From assembly GCA_951406725.2 (NCBI GenBank), contig OX597824.1:91636001-91700000 (forward strand): a stretch of 64,000 nt of DNA, written 5' to 3'. This document shows, piece after piece, positions 44,587 to 59,204 of this stretch. The notes below the pieces were generated by a model that was given only the letters and a program-made list of their open reading frames with translations, had not been told where the DNA came from and made no database searches. The DNA comes from Octopus vulgaris. Its lineage: Eukaryota. Position numbers and translations under genes: made by a program. Positions within the stretch are counted from its first letter, which is position 1. Each line of letters begins with the position of its first letter.

Positions 44587-45166
44587 AGTATTATCTTCAT
44601 ATCGTCCAGGTACCTAACAAACCAGTCACCGTATTCTAATATTCACGCGTATCTTTATCAAAAATGTTTTGCTCTTAAAAATTTAATAATGCAGTAAAAA
44701 TTCTTCGCAGTAATTTCCATGCAATGCGTTGTCATTTTTCTGTAATTTCGTTTTAACATAATTTTCTTTTTTTTTTAAATTATCATTTCACTTGCGAAAA
44801 TTGTCTTATAGAGAACTTATCAGAAACTTTTGTTAAAAAAAAAATGACAATATTTCTTGTTAAAAACTATTTTAGTTTCATACTACGATGTATTAAATGA
44901 TAAGATATTAAAAACTTGTGTAAAAATATCTGAAATTACGAAATAGAAGTGAAAAAATTGCGTAACAAAAAAGGAGAGATACACGTGATTTCTGAAGACA
45001 GATATAATAAAAAAATATATAGATTTGTAGAAAATATTAATATTTACAATGGAATATGAAAATTTGTATGCCGACTACTAACTACAGACATTTGGATACT
45101 CGATTTATATCTACATGTAGACTAGTAATCCCCATTCATGTATGCATACGAGTATATATAAATGGA

Positions 45167-45258
<92 letters not shown>

Positions 45259-45593
45259 CATCTATATATCTGTATCTGGTGGACGCGTCTGAAAGGATTG
45301 GAGACAAACGCTTTCCTCTCTGGTCAATCTCTCATCAACTTCTTCAAGTACCACTTTAAAAGGAAAGTGAGAGTAGAGAGGCAAGTTTTGTCTAGCGAAT
45401 GTTTTAAAAAATGATGGGTGAATGTAGCAAGGATGGCACGTATGAATGACGAAGCCACCTTGAGCATAATCCTATGAAACCGGAAATTTAAAACAGAGGG
45501 TTACCTACTTGCAAACAAATGTGGTAACATATAACAATATTGACCGAGGTTACCGTGGTCTTTTCCGCAGGCTTTTCTTCCCACGGATAAACC

Positions 45594-45683
<90 letters not shown>

Positions 45684-45809
45684 GTCTATCTATCTGTCTG
45701 TCTGTCTTTTATTTATTTACATATCAATGTATGCGTAACCACACACACGTACACACACTTTCTCTCGCTTTCACACACACACACAAACACACACACATAC
45801 GTGGAGGCG

Positions 45810-46040
45810 GAAGGGGAGGAATTATTTCCTGAAAAGTTCCAAGGAGTGGGAAAGTTCCGATGAGGGGCGGTGGAATTACATCCTGGAAAGTTCCGAGGCG
45901 TGGGATGAATACTCCCTGGAAAGTTCCGATGAAGAACGGTGGAATTACATCCTGGAAAGTTCCGAGGCGTGGGATGAATACTCCCTGGAAAGTTCCGATG
46001 AGGGGCGGTGGAATTACTTTCTGGAAAGTTCCGAGGAGGG
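45810..46040. repeat. Minisatellite of alternating 36/33-bp units, each carrying GGAAAGTTCC
   Basis: GGAAAGTTCC at 45849, 45885, 45918, 45954, 45987 and 46023. Confidence 0.92.
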
Positions 46041-46469
46041 AGAGGAAGGGAAGAAATTACTTATCTTCAAAGCCTAGTAGTAGTATCGTCGCGGAAAATT
46101 GACTTATCTCCACCAGACCACATTCTGCTGGCCAGGGCCATCGTCTGTTGCCCTTCTGCTGTTTCGCGGCAATTGCAAAATACCCGGATCAGAGTCACCC
46201 GAATCAGATTTCGGCAAAGACTCAGAGCCAGAATCACCATCAGATGAGTCAAAATCCTCTGGAAAGTCTGAGCCCCAATCAACAGGACCCCCTCGATTCA
46301 GCTGCAGCAGCAGCTGACGTTCGAGCAGAGGATGTGGGTGTGGACTGACGCGAAGCAGCGGACGTACTCGGACGCGACCGCAAATTTGCGGAAGGAGTAT
46401 CACCGGCCTCCGCAGCAGCTGCAGCGACACCGGAAGTACCAGGTCGCGCGGCTCAGTTTCACGTGTATG

Positions 46470-46663
46470 TGATGATGATAGTGATGATGATGATGATGAT
46501 GATGATGATGACGATGATGATGATGATGATGACGACGACGACGATGATGAAGATGATGATGGTCATGATGATGATGATAATGATGGTGATGTTGATGATG
46601 ATGATGATGATGGTGATGACCATGATATGATGACGACGACGACGATGACGATGATGATGATGG

Positions 46664-46719
<56 letters not shown>

Positions 46720-47070
46720 GTGATGACGACGACGATGATGCTGAAGATGATGATGGTGATGATGATGTTGATGGTGATGTTGTTGATGATGATGATGATG
46801 ATGATGGTGACGACGATGATGATGATAATGATGGTGATGATGATTGGTTATGATGATGATGATGGTGACGATGATGATGATGATGATGATGATGACGATG
46901 ATGGTGGTGATAAGGATGATGATGATGATGATGATGGTGATGACGATGATGATGATGATGGTGATGACGATGATGATGATGATGATGATGATGATGACGA
47001 TGATGATGATGTTGATGTTGATGATGATGATGATGATGATGATGGTGATGATAATGATGATGAAGATGAT
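46470..47070. repeat. (GAT)n microsatellite
   Basis: Directly visible. Confidence 0.95.
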
Positions 47071-47814
47071 AGAAAATCCAAGCCTAACCGCCTAACTAAA
47101 CACACAAGTGATAAATGAGAAACTGAAGCATCGCCTTCGCTGGTAATTGCAACGTTTCCAAGGAACACAGATTTATGAAAAATACAAACGCAAACAGAAG
47201 GCGAAGAAGGCGAAGAAGAAGAAGACGGAGAAAGATTGCTGTTACTAATGGCAACTTTACCGGTAATAATCACGAATTTGACTGCTACAATTAGCCGCCA
47301 AATCTCCTTCAAAATTTATCCTACTGTCTTAAAAATGAAAGGATTCCAGCTAAATTAGAGCTCTGAAGAAACACACACACACACACACACACACAACTAT
47401 GAATGTATCAGGGCGTATGGCCCAGTTGTTAGGGTGCTACGCTCATGACCTAGCGGTCGTGATTTCGATTCCTAGACTAGGTGGGGGGGGGGGGGGTTGC
47501 GTTGTGTTCTTGAGCAAAACACTTCATCTCGCGTTGCTGTATGACGATTTCGAAAACCTGACGAGTGGCACACATTGCATTCGTTTGGACAACGTCGATT
47601 TGGTGGAGAGAGTAAGGTAATGTGCGGCACGAACAATTTGACCTCTTTAAACAAATCCATCCACAAGACCTTAGGTGGCCCGAGGCTATTGTAGAAGACA
47701 CATGCCCAAGGTGTCATAGAGTAGAACTACCTACCACAAACTGCTTACCACACAGCCACGCCTACACACACACACATATATATTCCCCCTATGTATAATA
47801 TATATATATAATGG

Positions 47815-47847
<33 letters not shown>

Positions 47848-47887
47848 TATATAAAATAAATATGTAATATATATAATATATATAATA

Positions 47888-48029
47888 GTTGGAATTTACA
47901 AAAAAAATACAAAAGACTAAGATAGGTGTATAAATAACAAACAAGTTTATTAGTTTAACGTTCAGGAAGGTGAGAAAGTCTTTTACATTTCGAGCCTACG
48001 CTCTTCAACAGAAAGGAACGCGAGAAAAT

Positions 48030-48065
<36 letters not shown>

Positions 48066-48090
48066 AAAAATGTGACTACCAGTCGATCAT
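47888..48090 (-). mobile_element. Hammerhead-bearing short element (family HA)
   Basis: Minus strand cttt-CTGTTGA-A-GAGC-gtag-GCTC-GAAA-TG-TA-aaag (47980-48015); TA-rich flanks. Confidence 0.82.
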
Positions 48091-48628
48091 GGCGATATAT
48101 ATAATATATGTTAAGTAGCATGGCTCAGTGGTTAGAGCGTCGAGTTTACGATCGCGAGGTTGTGAGTTCGATTCGTGGACCGGACTGTGTGTTGTGTTCT
48201 TGAGCAAGACAATTTATTTACCGCTGCTCCAGTTTATTCAACTGTAGAAATGAGTTGTGACGTCACTGGTACCAAACTGTATCAGCCACTTTGCCTTTCC
48301 CTTGGATAACATCGGTGGCGTGGAGAGGTGGAGGCTGGTATGCATGGGTAACAGAGTCGGGGTTTTAAGAGTTTATATAATATATATAATAGAGATAAAT
48401 ATATATTCTTTTAGTTGTTTCAGCCATTTGACTGCGGACATGCTGGAGCACCGCCTTTAATAGAGCAAATCAACCTCAGAGTTTATTCTTTGTAAGCCCA
48501 GTACTTATTCTATCAGTCTCTTTGCCGAACCGCTAAGTTACAGGGTCGTAAAAAGCATCGGTTGTCAAGCGATGGTGGGTGAACAAACACAGACACACAT
48601 ATACACAGACACACAAACACAGACACAG

Positions 48629-48680
<52 letters not shown>

Positions 48681-49019
48681 ACGTACGCACGCACACACAC
48701 ACATCTATATACGCGCATGTGAAAGAAAAAACAGTGCTAAAGGCAAAATACAGGAAAATGTGTAAAAAATGCGTAAAAATAAGTAACGAGTAAAGCACGT
48801 CTATATACGCACATACTCGCATGCACGCACACACACACACACATCTATATACGCACGCACACATCCACACGCACGCACAAAAGATTCCATATACACGTCT
48901 ATATACACACAGGGAAAATGCAGGGCGTAAGGTAGAATACAGAAAAAATACCTCTTACCTACTGACATACATACACACATACATGCCTATAAAAATACAT
49001 ATAACGCATACATAGATAT

Positions 49020-50040
49020 ATACACGCACATACATACACACACATTCAAACATATACACAAGCACATATATATACATACATACATATATGCATATGCAAA
49101 CACACCTACGTACCTACGTACGTACATAACTACGTACATACATCCATACATACATAGCAACGTACCTTCTTACCTACAGACATACATACACCTATACATA
49201 TATACATATATACATACATATATACATACATATACACGCATATATACATGCACATACACACATGCATACATACATACACATATACATATACACGCATAAA
49301 TACATATATACATATATACATACATATATATATATACATGCACACATGCATAAATATATACATACATATACACGCATACATACATATAAATATACACGCA
49401 TACATACATGCACATACACACATATATACATACTTATATACATGCACACATGCATAAATATATACACACATACACACGCATACATACATGCATATACACA
49501 CATACACACACACATACATAATACATATATATATAATGTACATATACATACATATATACATACATATATACATACATATAGACATACATACACACATACA
49601 TACATACACTCATACATACATACACACATACATACATACATACATACACACATACATACATACATAATATATGCATACATACATACATATATACATACAT
49701 TACATACATACATACACACACATACATACATACATACACACATACATACATACATACATACATACACACATACACAAACATACATACATACATACACACA
49801 TACATACATACATACACACATGCATACATACACACATACATACATACATACATCCATACATACATACTTACATACATACATACGTACACACATACATACA
49901 CACATACATACATATATACATACATACATAATACATACATACACACAGACATACATGCACATACACACATACATACATACATAATACATACATACATACA
50001 CACATACATACATGCACATACATACATACATCCATACATT

Positions 50041-50095
<55 letters not shown>
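49020..50095. repeat. Degenerate (CATA)/(CA)n low-complexity tract
   Basis: Directly visible. Confidence 0.93.
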
Positions 50096-50099
<4 letters not shown>

Positions 50100-50939
50100 G
50101 CAGTGACAATTATGAATCGGTTTGCTAAGGTGAAATGAATGAGAAACAGAGACGGGAAGAAAGCTGCTCGCTTCGCTGTATTGTTTCCTCTGTTTGGCTG
50201 ATGGTCGCGTTTATCTTGGTAATGACGTTTCTGTCGCTCATTAGTAACACAGGCGAGATTGCAGCTAACCAGTTTGTTAAACAATTGACACAAGAGGCGT
50301 TTTGATAAATGGCAGTTAAGGCTCTTTCAAACACTCAAGCAGTAATCAACACAAAATGCTAAGATACTGCAACCAGCGACGCCGGAAACCGCCGTCGTCT
50401 TGTTCTGCCGCCGTTTGCAAGCGGCCACCACCTCCAGCATCAGTAAGGCCATCTTCATCACCAGCAGCACTACAACTAACCAAAACAATCACCGTTCGCA
50501 AAAATCAGCGGCACCAGTGCTGCCAGCGCCGCCATCGTCGCTGCCGCCACAATCAGAGCCACCAGCACTGCAAGCACACGCCGTCCCTGCCATCATACCC
50601 ACAGTGGCCGCCACTATCGCCGCCACCACCATCACCAACACCGCTGCCACCACCACCACCACCACCACCACCGTCAGAAATAATTTAAAGGTTATCTTCA
50701 TCGTCGATGCAAAAAACATCATCATCGTCATCATCATCATCATCATCATCGTCGTCGTCGTCGTCGTCATCATTAACATCGTCGTCGTCGTCCTCGTCGT
50801 CGTCGTCATCATTAACATCGTCATCGTCGTCATCAATCATCATCATTTTCTTCATTGTCATCATGATCATTATCAGTATAATAATCATCATCATCATCAA
50901 CATCATCATCTTCATCACCATCGGCATTATCATCATCAA

Positions 50940-50983
<44 letters not shown>

Positions 50984-51374
50984 CCATCATCATAATCATC
51001 ATCATCACTACCGTCGTCGTCATCATCATCATCATCGTCATCATCATTACCGTCGTCGTCATCATCATCGTCATCATCATTATCGTCGTCATCATCATTA
51101 TCATCATTTTCATCGTCGTCGTCATCATCATCATCATCATCATCTTTATCGACATCATATTTGTTATGTAATTTATCTACTTGAAAATTACTATGAAGGC
51201 TATCGTTATTGTGGTCATAGTTGATTGATATCAGCACCAACGGTAACAGTACTAATGGTCGTAGTAGCAGCAGCAGCAGCAAAGGTTGTAATGGTAACGG
51301 TGGTGGTAACAATATTAGTAGTTGGACTTCATAATGCGTGGGTCACTCTAATCTATCGTCCCTTTTTCTGTGCA

Positions 51375-51433
<59 letters not shown>

Positions 51434-51759
51434 ATCTCTATCTATCTGTCTGTCTGTCTGTCTCTCTGTCTATCTCTCTATCTATCTTTCTTTCTATCTA
51501 TCTGTCGGTCTATCTATCTATCTGTCTGTCACTTTGCTTGTCTCTCGAACAATGTAAATGCATTTGTGAACCAATGAAACGGCCTCAATAAACTCGATCA
51601 ACCTCAGAAATAAGAGCAAAGTAGCGTTTATAGTACAGACATCGGTCTTAATAAAATGAAAGAAATATGGAGCATTGTAATTCTGACAATGTATTCTAGA
51701 AAATATGGACTGGCAATCGTTGGAACCTCTTTGATCTTGAATACATTCGCATGCTCTAG

Positions 51760-51960
51760 CCTCCATGGTTGAGTGTTGGTGGGGCCTGAGACACAACCTC
51801 CATCATTCGTTACTCATTGCAGTGGTCTCGTGCCGCACCAGGGTCATCTCTATCCTTGATATCATTTCACCATCTTTCTGCTAGTTGTTGGCGGACCCGT
51901 TTTACACCTGTCTTTCCATGTTGGATGCGGGCACGGGACTTTCTGGTCGTTGAGAACCTA
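51760..51960 (-). mobile_element. Old RTE-type LINE 3' fragment
   Basis: Minus translation RIQHGKTGVKRVRQQLAERW*NDIK resembles the RTE motif HG...GKR.RGRP..RW.DDIK. Confidence 0.45.
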
Positions 51961-52309
51961 ATCAAAATATTGCAGTTTTCGACGTCTGCCCGTCGATACC
52001 AAATTCTGACCTGAACTCTTTTTCCACAAAACTGAATCAACCAGGACATTTCTCCAAGTGGCTTGCAATGATGACCAGAAGTACGTCACCTACAAATAAA
52101 TGCAAATAAACGGATAAACACACTTTTTCATATGGACACATACACACATCCACGTATCTAGAGATGAGCATATAAATATACAAATATTTGTACGGCATTA
52201 CCCTAATGTGGCTACCTTTATATCCATTCTCCTGTATACAAAAGCGATATGAGAACCTACACCATCAAAGCGAAATCATCCATCTTTCCATTTTATCATA
52301 TTGTATTAG

Positions 52310-52470
52310 GCTCAGTCGTGGTTGTGTAGTAAAAAGTTTGCCTCCCGTCCACATGGTATCGGGTTCAGTCCCACTGCGTAGCACCTTGGACAAGTGTCTT
52401 CTACTATAGCCACGGGCCGACCAAAGCCTTGTAAGTGAATTTGGTAGACGGAAACTGAAAGACGCCCTTC

Positions 52471-52515
<45 letters not shown>

Positions 52516-52575
52516 CGTGCACGCGCGTGTATGTGTATCTTGTGTCTGGGTCGATTCATTCGACTAAAAATTCTT
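52310..52575 (+). mobile_element. SINE family A, internally deleted copy
   Basis: Head and centre match the 32058 copy, then microsatellite and ctgggtcgattcattcgactaaa. Confidence 0.85.
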
Positions 52576-53158
52576 CGAGAGAGAGAGAGAGAAAGAGAGA
52601 GAGAAGCATGATTCCAATGAAGTAACCCGTCTACCCATCTACCTGCCTACCTATCTATTTACTGATTTACATAAAATTACTACAAATAAACACCCGTCTA
52701 CCCACCCAGCCATAATCTCTATACTGTAACGGTATGAAGACACCACAACGGTGACGACTCAGCGAGGTAGGCGCTAAGTCGTGGTTCATTTTGCTTGAAA
52801 TAGAAGCTAAATCTTTCTCAAATCATGCACCAATGTCATAATTAAGACAGAGATATATTTGGCAATCTGGTCTGAGATGGCTTCAAAGAAAAGATGGCGG
52901 ATTGGATGCGACTGAATGACTTTGACAATAAATCTGTTCAATGAAGGTTGACATGAGAGATAAACAAGGGCAGCAGCGGCGGTGGTAGGGACAGCAGCAG
53001 CGGCAGCAGCAGTAGTAGCAGCAGCAGCAGCAATAATGTCGATGACGACCACCACGACGTCGACAGCAACGTTGATGTATATAAAATGAAATCATCTTTA
53101 TCACTGTAGATGCCATCGATAATCCTGCTTTCCGTTACGCTACCTTGGCAGCCATTTT

Positions 53159-53284
<126 letters not shown>

Positions 53285-53494
53285 AATAATGTTGCTGCTG
53301 CTAATGATGATTATGCACACACCAATATTACCACCGTCACCTCGAGCAGTACGACTAATATCTCATTATAAGCGATGAAATATATTACATAACTGACTGA
53401 CAACAACGATATCATCCGACACGTGATGTATGGAGTTGGAGCCTTCGTTTCGTTGCCGTTGCTTCTCGGTAATACGCACGCAAAGACACATCTT

Positions 53495-53568
<74 letters not shown>

Positions 53569-53833
53569 CGTAAATGTGTATATATACGCGTACACACGCA
53601 TATAGATACGCACCTATATATAAAAATACACATTCATGTGTATACATATATATATATATTATATATGTATTCATAAACACTCATATTTATATAATGAATA
53701 CTTATGCACATACATACACACATACATACATATATATATATATGTATATATATACATATATATACATGCATATATATATATGTATATATACATATATATA
53801 TATAATATATACATATATGCATATATATATATG

Positions 53834-53872
<39 letters not shown>

Positions 53873-54910
53873 ATACATATATATACATGAATATATACAC
53901 ATATATATATACATATATATATATACATACACAGATATATATATATACACACACATAATATATAGAAATATATGCATATATATACTTATGTATACATACA
54001 TATACACATACACAGACATACACACATATACGCATACATACACACACATACGCACACACACGCACATATATGTATGTATGTGTGCATATATATATGCATG
54101 TATGTATGTATGTATGTACGTCTGTATGTATGTATGTATGTATGTATGTATGTATATATGGAAATATTTATTTTATGAGTTTTCTTTAATGACATTACAT
54201 TTAATTGTCTTCCAATTAAAACGTCTTCTGCCATTCCGGCTTTCCAGTTCGGATCTCGTTACTCTTCAACACAGGAAGTCTCCTAAACGAATTAGTTAAT
54301 TCATAAACCAATTAATTAATAGAGTTTATTAATTAATTTATTAATACAACGGAAGACAATACAATTTTAATTTCACATGTGAATAAACAGTAGCTATTTA
54401 TGTTTTAATTCAATACAAGTTAATTCAATTTGTTGTCAATACGTATCACCATAATATAGACACGGCTTGCAGGTCAGCAACGCTTGTGGAAACCAAGAAA
54501 CCACCTACACTACAATCAATAACCATAAATCGATACTGAGAAATTAACCATAACAAAGATTTATAATATCGGTGCAAGGCCTAACATAGTTGTACGCAGG
54601 GATATAATGGAGTAGGTAAAAACAAGGGTTTCGTTTGTACAGAATTTCAATGACGCTAAAATGATAGAAGTGGTCGTTTTGGTTCTTGGTGAATAGGGTC
54701 AGATAAATCGTGGTACGCTTGCAAGTATAATTTCCCTTTTCCGTTTGAAAATGCCGTCATGGTCCGTAGAATGTGGGATTTTCTCTCGTAATATGTGTGA
54801 TCCTAGGCGACTTCGCCACTAATCAGTGAATGGACTGGCCATGAGAAATGATAAAATGCGTAGGTTTCTCACACTCACTCTCTCTGTTTCTGTCTCTCTG
54901 TCTTTCTCTT

Positions 54911-54991
<81 letters not shown>

Positions 54992-55080
54992 ATATGTATA
55001 TGCATGCTTACATACATGTAGGAAATAAAAGAAATTAAAAGTATTCTGAGAGTGAAGAAGAGGATCCATTGATTCATTTA

Positions 55081-55247
55081 TATTAATACAATTAACCGGT
55101 TTCACGTTTCTATGCTTTTCAAAAGTGTAAAATCCAATGGACGTTGCGCTGAATCAGTTTGTGTTATGTCCCCCCCCCCCACGTCACTCAAATCTTATAC
55201 TTTTGAAAATCATTCAAATGAGAAGTCGGTTAATTGCATTAATATTA
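55081..55247. repeat. Degenerate fold-back element, ~64-bp arms
   Basis: tattaata.aattaaccg...ttttcaaaagt.taa.at...gacgt and its reverse complement. Confidence 0.75.
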
Positions 55248-55749
55248 ATACAAATAAATCTTATGCACACACAGTAAGTTTACATCATTTATTTCTATTA
55301 TACTACAACTTGTTTGGATCAGTAACTATTATATATATGTGTGTGTGTGCGTGTGTGTGTGTGTGTGTGTGAAGATGCGTGACCTGGGGGTTAGTATGTT
55401 GCACTGACGATCGTTAGATCTTAGCTTCGATTCCGGGACCTAGTGGGCGGCACATTGGGTTCTTGAGCAAAACATTTCGCATCACGTTGTTCTAGTCTGC
55501 CTTGCTGTAAATGGGTAACCCAGCGACGGAATAGCCTTCCCATCTGGGGAAGTGTTAGCCTACTCGCCTAACACGCGGGGGTGGCATCATTCAAAGGCTA
55601 AAAGGAAAGTGATGTGAAGGGCATTGTGAGTAACGATTAGCAACACCCTATGGTCAGATCGGTATTATGATATATATATACATACACATATATTACGGAG
55701 ATGTACTTCCATAGCAAGTGACCTGATCTGAGATTGTGTGCGGAAACAA

Positions 55750-55958
55750 AAACAATTGCAGCGTGGAAGGTGTTTATAACCCATTTAAAAACACCAACAA
55801 ACTGTTAGATTCACAGCACGGAATTTTTTCAGTGATAAGGTCGCGGTCCCAAAGTGAAGAAAATATTTTGGCAAATTAAACTTAAATGTTGAAGTGAATC
55901 TAACGGTTTTTGTGCGTTTTGAAATGGATTATTGACACCTTCCTCGCTGCAATTGTTT
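55750..55958. repeat. Fold-back element, ~65-bp arms, with a hammerhead-like spacer
   Basis: aaacaattgcagcg.ggaaggtgt..ataa.ccattt.aaaac...gttagattcac (55750-55814) is inverted at 55894-55958. Confidence 0.85.
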
Positions 55959-56049
55959 ATATATATATATATACATATAGTGTAATAAATAAAATATATG
56001 CATACATACAAACATATATGTACGTACCGACATCTACATGTATATATAA

Positions 56050-56900
56050 ATGCATATATAAATATTTATACGTACAGGACACCACAAGAAGACGTAAAAA
56101 TCAACAGAAACGAAAACGGAAAAGCCATTTTGTTACAACAGAAGGACAGAGACGTGGAACAAGACGAAACGAAAACGGGAAAAACAATTATGTACAGCAG
56201 AAAAACGAAGTACAGGACATGCTGCACAAGGAAAAATCCCCTTCATCAGCTGTCGCTAGCAGACATAGCGTGTTTCGAAGGCAAGACAGGACACGTCTGG
56301 ACATGCTAGGCCTTCCTACGAGAGAATTAAAATAAAATAACCTCGTAGAGGGGTAAAACGAGCAAGAAAAAATGTAACACAAAGAGGGACGTAACAAAGA
56401 ACTGCACAAAAAAATACAAGAAAAAATACAAAATTAAAGATACATGTACAAGAAAACACAAAACGAGAAATAAATTACAATACGAGAAATCAAAATAAAC
56501 AAGAGAACAAACGAAAAAGACGAACGAAGGCCTTTGTTCTGGCGGGGACGAGAAGGTAACTGGCGAGCGCTGGGAAACATGACCTTAGGGCCTGAATGCA
56601 ACAGGCGAAAGGATTAGCAGTGACGAAAGTGAGGAGGAGTGGGAGAGAGAGAGAGACAGATAGAGGAAGACACGCAGCTAGAGAGAAGGGTGGGGCAGAG
56701 AGAAGAAAGAGAGAGAGAAGAGAGAGAGAGAGAGTGAGGGGAAGGCAAAGCAAAGGGAGAGAATTTCGCATCATTGTAGTAAACTGTAAAACAAACTGGG
56801 AGGAAAGAGACGGAACGAAGTGAGAATTCGAAAAATCGAAAATTCAAACGAACCCGACGCGAAGCGCTGTCAGACAATGGAACAGAAACGCATTAGAATG
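56050..56900 (-). mobile_element. Family C-like dispersed element
   Basis: Minus strand has gacagCTGATGAagggg and ends gtgtcctgtac-(TA); the pyrimidine-rich body resembles 1630-2095. Confidence 0.5.
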
Positions 56901-57271
56901 ATCTAAAAAAGAAACTTAAAATTATTTGAGGATGATCCCTGGCTTACCATCCATACAGGAAGTGCAAAAGGTTTGTCTTAACTGGTACATCATACTTATT
57001 GAGAAGAGCATTGTCTCTGTGAATTTTCTTTCCTTTCCCGCCATTTGGTTTCTTCGTGCTCTTCTTTTACTTCATCTTTTCTTTTTCTCTCTGTATTTCT
57101 CTGACTTTTTTTTAATCATATGACTTTGAAAAAGAACAATCTGGCGTGTTAATTTAAACGGCCTACCAATGTATACAGTAAATTTTTTTGCCCTAGGTGT
57201 CAGGAGGACACTCAGCATGAAATGGAAGCAAAATTGAAAGAAGAAAATAATAATAATAATAATAATAATAA

Positions 57272-57367
<96 letters not shown>

Positions 57368-57587
57368 TAATAATAATAATCCTTTCTATTGCAGTCAAAA
57401 GCCTGAAATTTCGGGGAAGGGGACTAGTCAGTTACATGGACCTCAGTGCTCAACTAGTACTTATTTTTATCGATCCCGATATGATGAAAGGCAAAGTCGA
57501 CCCCGGTAGAATTTGAGCTCAGAAAGTTAAAGACGGAGGAAAGCATTTCGCTCGGCGCGCTAACGATTTTGCCACCTCGGCCTCTTA

Positions 57588-57641
<54 letters not shown>

Positions 57642-57648
57642 GATGCTG

Positions 57649-57714
<66 letters not shown>

Positions 57715-57720
57715 ATGATG

Positions 57721-57766
<46 letters not shown>

Positions 57767-59204
57767 TAATAATAATAATTTATGTCAAAATTAGTTCCAC
57801 TATTGAGTAAGAACTGTGATTATCTCCTTATCAGTGTAGCCTACATAGAGCGGAATAGTGGAATGCCGGTGTTTCGAGTCCACAAAATGTGTTAAATTAA
57901 GCGTGACGCTTCCTTTTCTTTCTTCATCAAATTCTCACTGGACGATAACGAATGCTAACTGACCTAATCATTACATCAATGCTTAGAATCAAAGCTGAGT
58001 GTCATTATTAATAATGGTTAGCATCGTTTATCTACCAAGAAATTGCCACCGTTTATGTGTTATGTATTGTATGTGAGTGTTGGAGAGGGTGGCCTTGTTG
58101 GTGTGGGTGATGTCGGCACGAGTGTCTGTGACTGTGTGAGTTTTGTTACCTTGCCAAATGTGCGTTTCTCTGCTGTGTGTAAGAATGCGCACATAAGCAT
58201 ATACATATATATACACACATATATACACACACATATACATACACAGATACACACACACACACACACATACACACACACACACACGCATATATATATATAT
58301 ATATATGTTTTTATTTATATACGTATATATATATATATATATTGACTCCAGCATGGCCGCAGTCAAATGACTGAAACAAGTCGAAGAATACAATAATATA
58401 TATACATATATATATACACACACATATATATACACATAGACACACACATATATACATATATACACGTTTATATACACACATGAATATACGTTATATCAAT
58501 ATGTATGATATATACATATGCGTGTGTACGTACGTACACGCAAACATGTACGTATCTATACACACATACATACACAATTACACACACACATACATACATA
58601 TCAATAATTGTGTGTGTGCGTGTGTGTGTATACGTATGCATCCACACACATACATTATTTTGAGCATGATTGTTACATAGGTAACCATAATCGGACCCCT
58701 TACCCGAAATAATGCACACAGCACACAACACTCACCGCATATGATATACGAAGTTATGGGACATCACCAATGGACAGCTTTTTTGTTCTCTAAACACATA
58801 TACAACATAATTCCATACACGTAGATGTCTTGCAAACAACTTGCACATGCAAGTGCTACCAGTTAAAAGCTCCGTATACCGGAAGCTAACAAGTGTATGG
58901 GGTCATCAGGAGAGAATGCGCGCCATTTCGGGGCCTACCTCTCGACGGCATCAATACGCACCGCCCCCCCCCCCTCACTGATATGAGGCCCCGCTTGCTA
59001 GATCAGCTGGTTATGAAGAACTCAGTATACTTCTAGCCATCGCTCATCGTCTCTTTTCAAACAAATACAGTGGCTAGCCTTCTCCACTGTAGATGCATAT
59101 ATATGGCAATGTATGTATGTATGTATGTATGTATGTATGTATGTATGTATGTATGTATGTATGTATGTATACATGTATGTATGTATGAATGTATGCCTTC
59201 ATCG

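Noticed and set aside
45810-46040. CRISPR array or satellite hammerhead (CCGATGA...GGAA)
   Set aside because: The spacers are themselves repeated, the context is eukaryotic with no cas genes, and no hammerhead helices form.
50356-50700. Pro/Ala/Thr-rich exon
   Set aside because: Degenerate CCA/CCG/GCA trinucleotide tract merging into microsatellite; no clear splice sites or recognisable domain.
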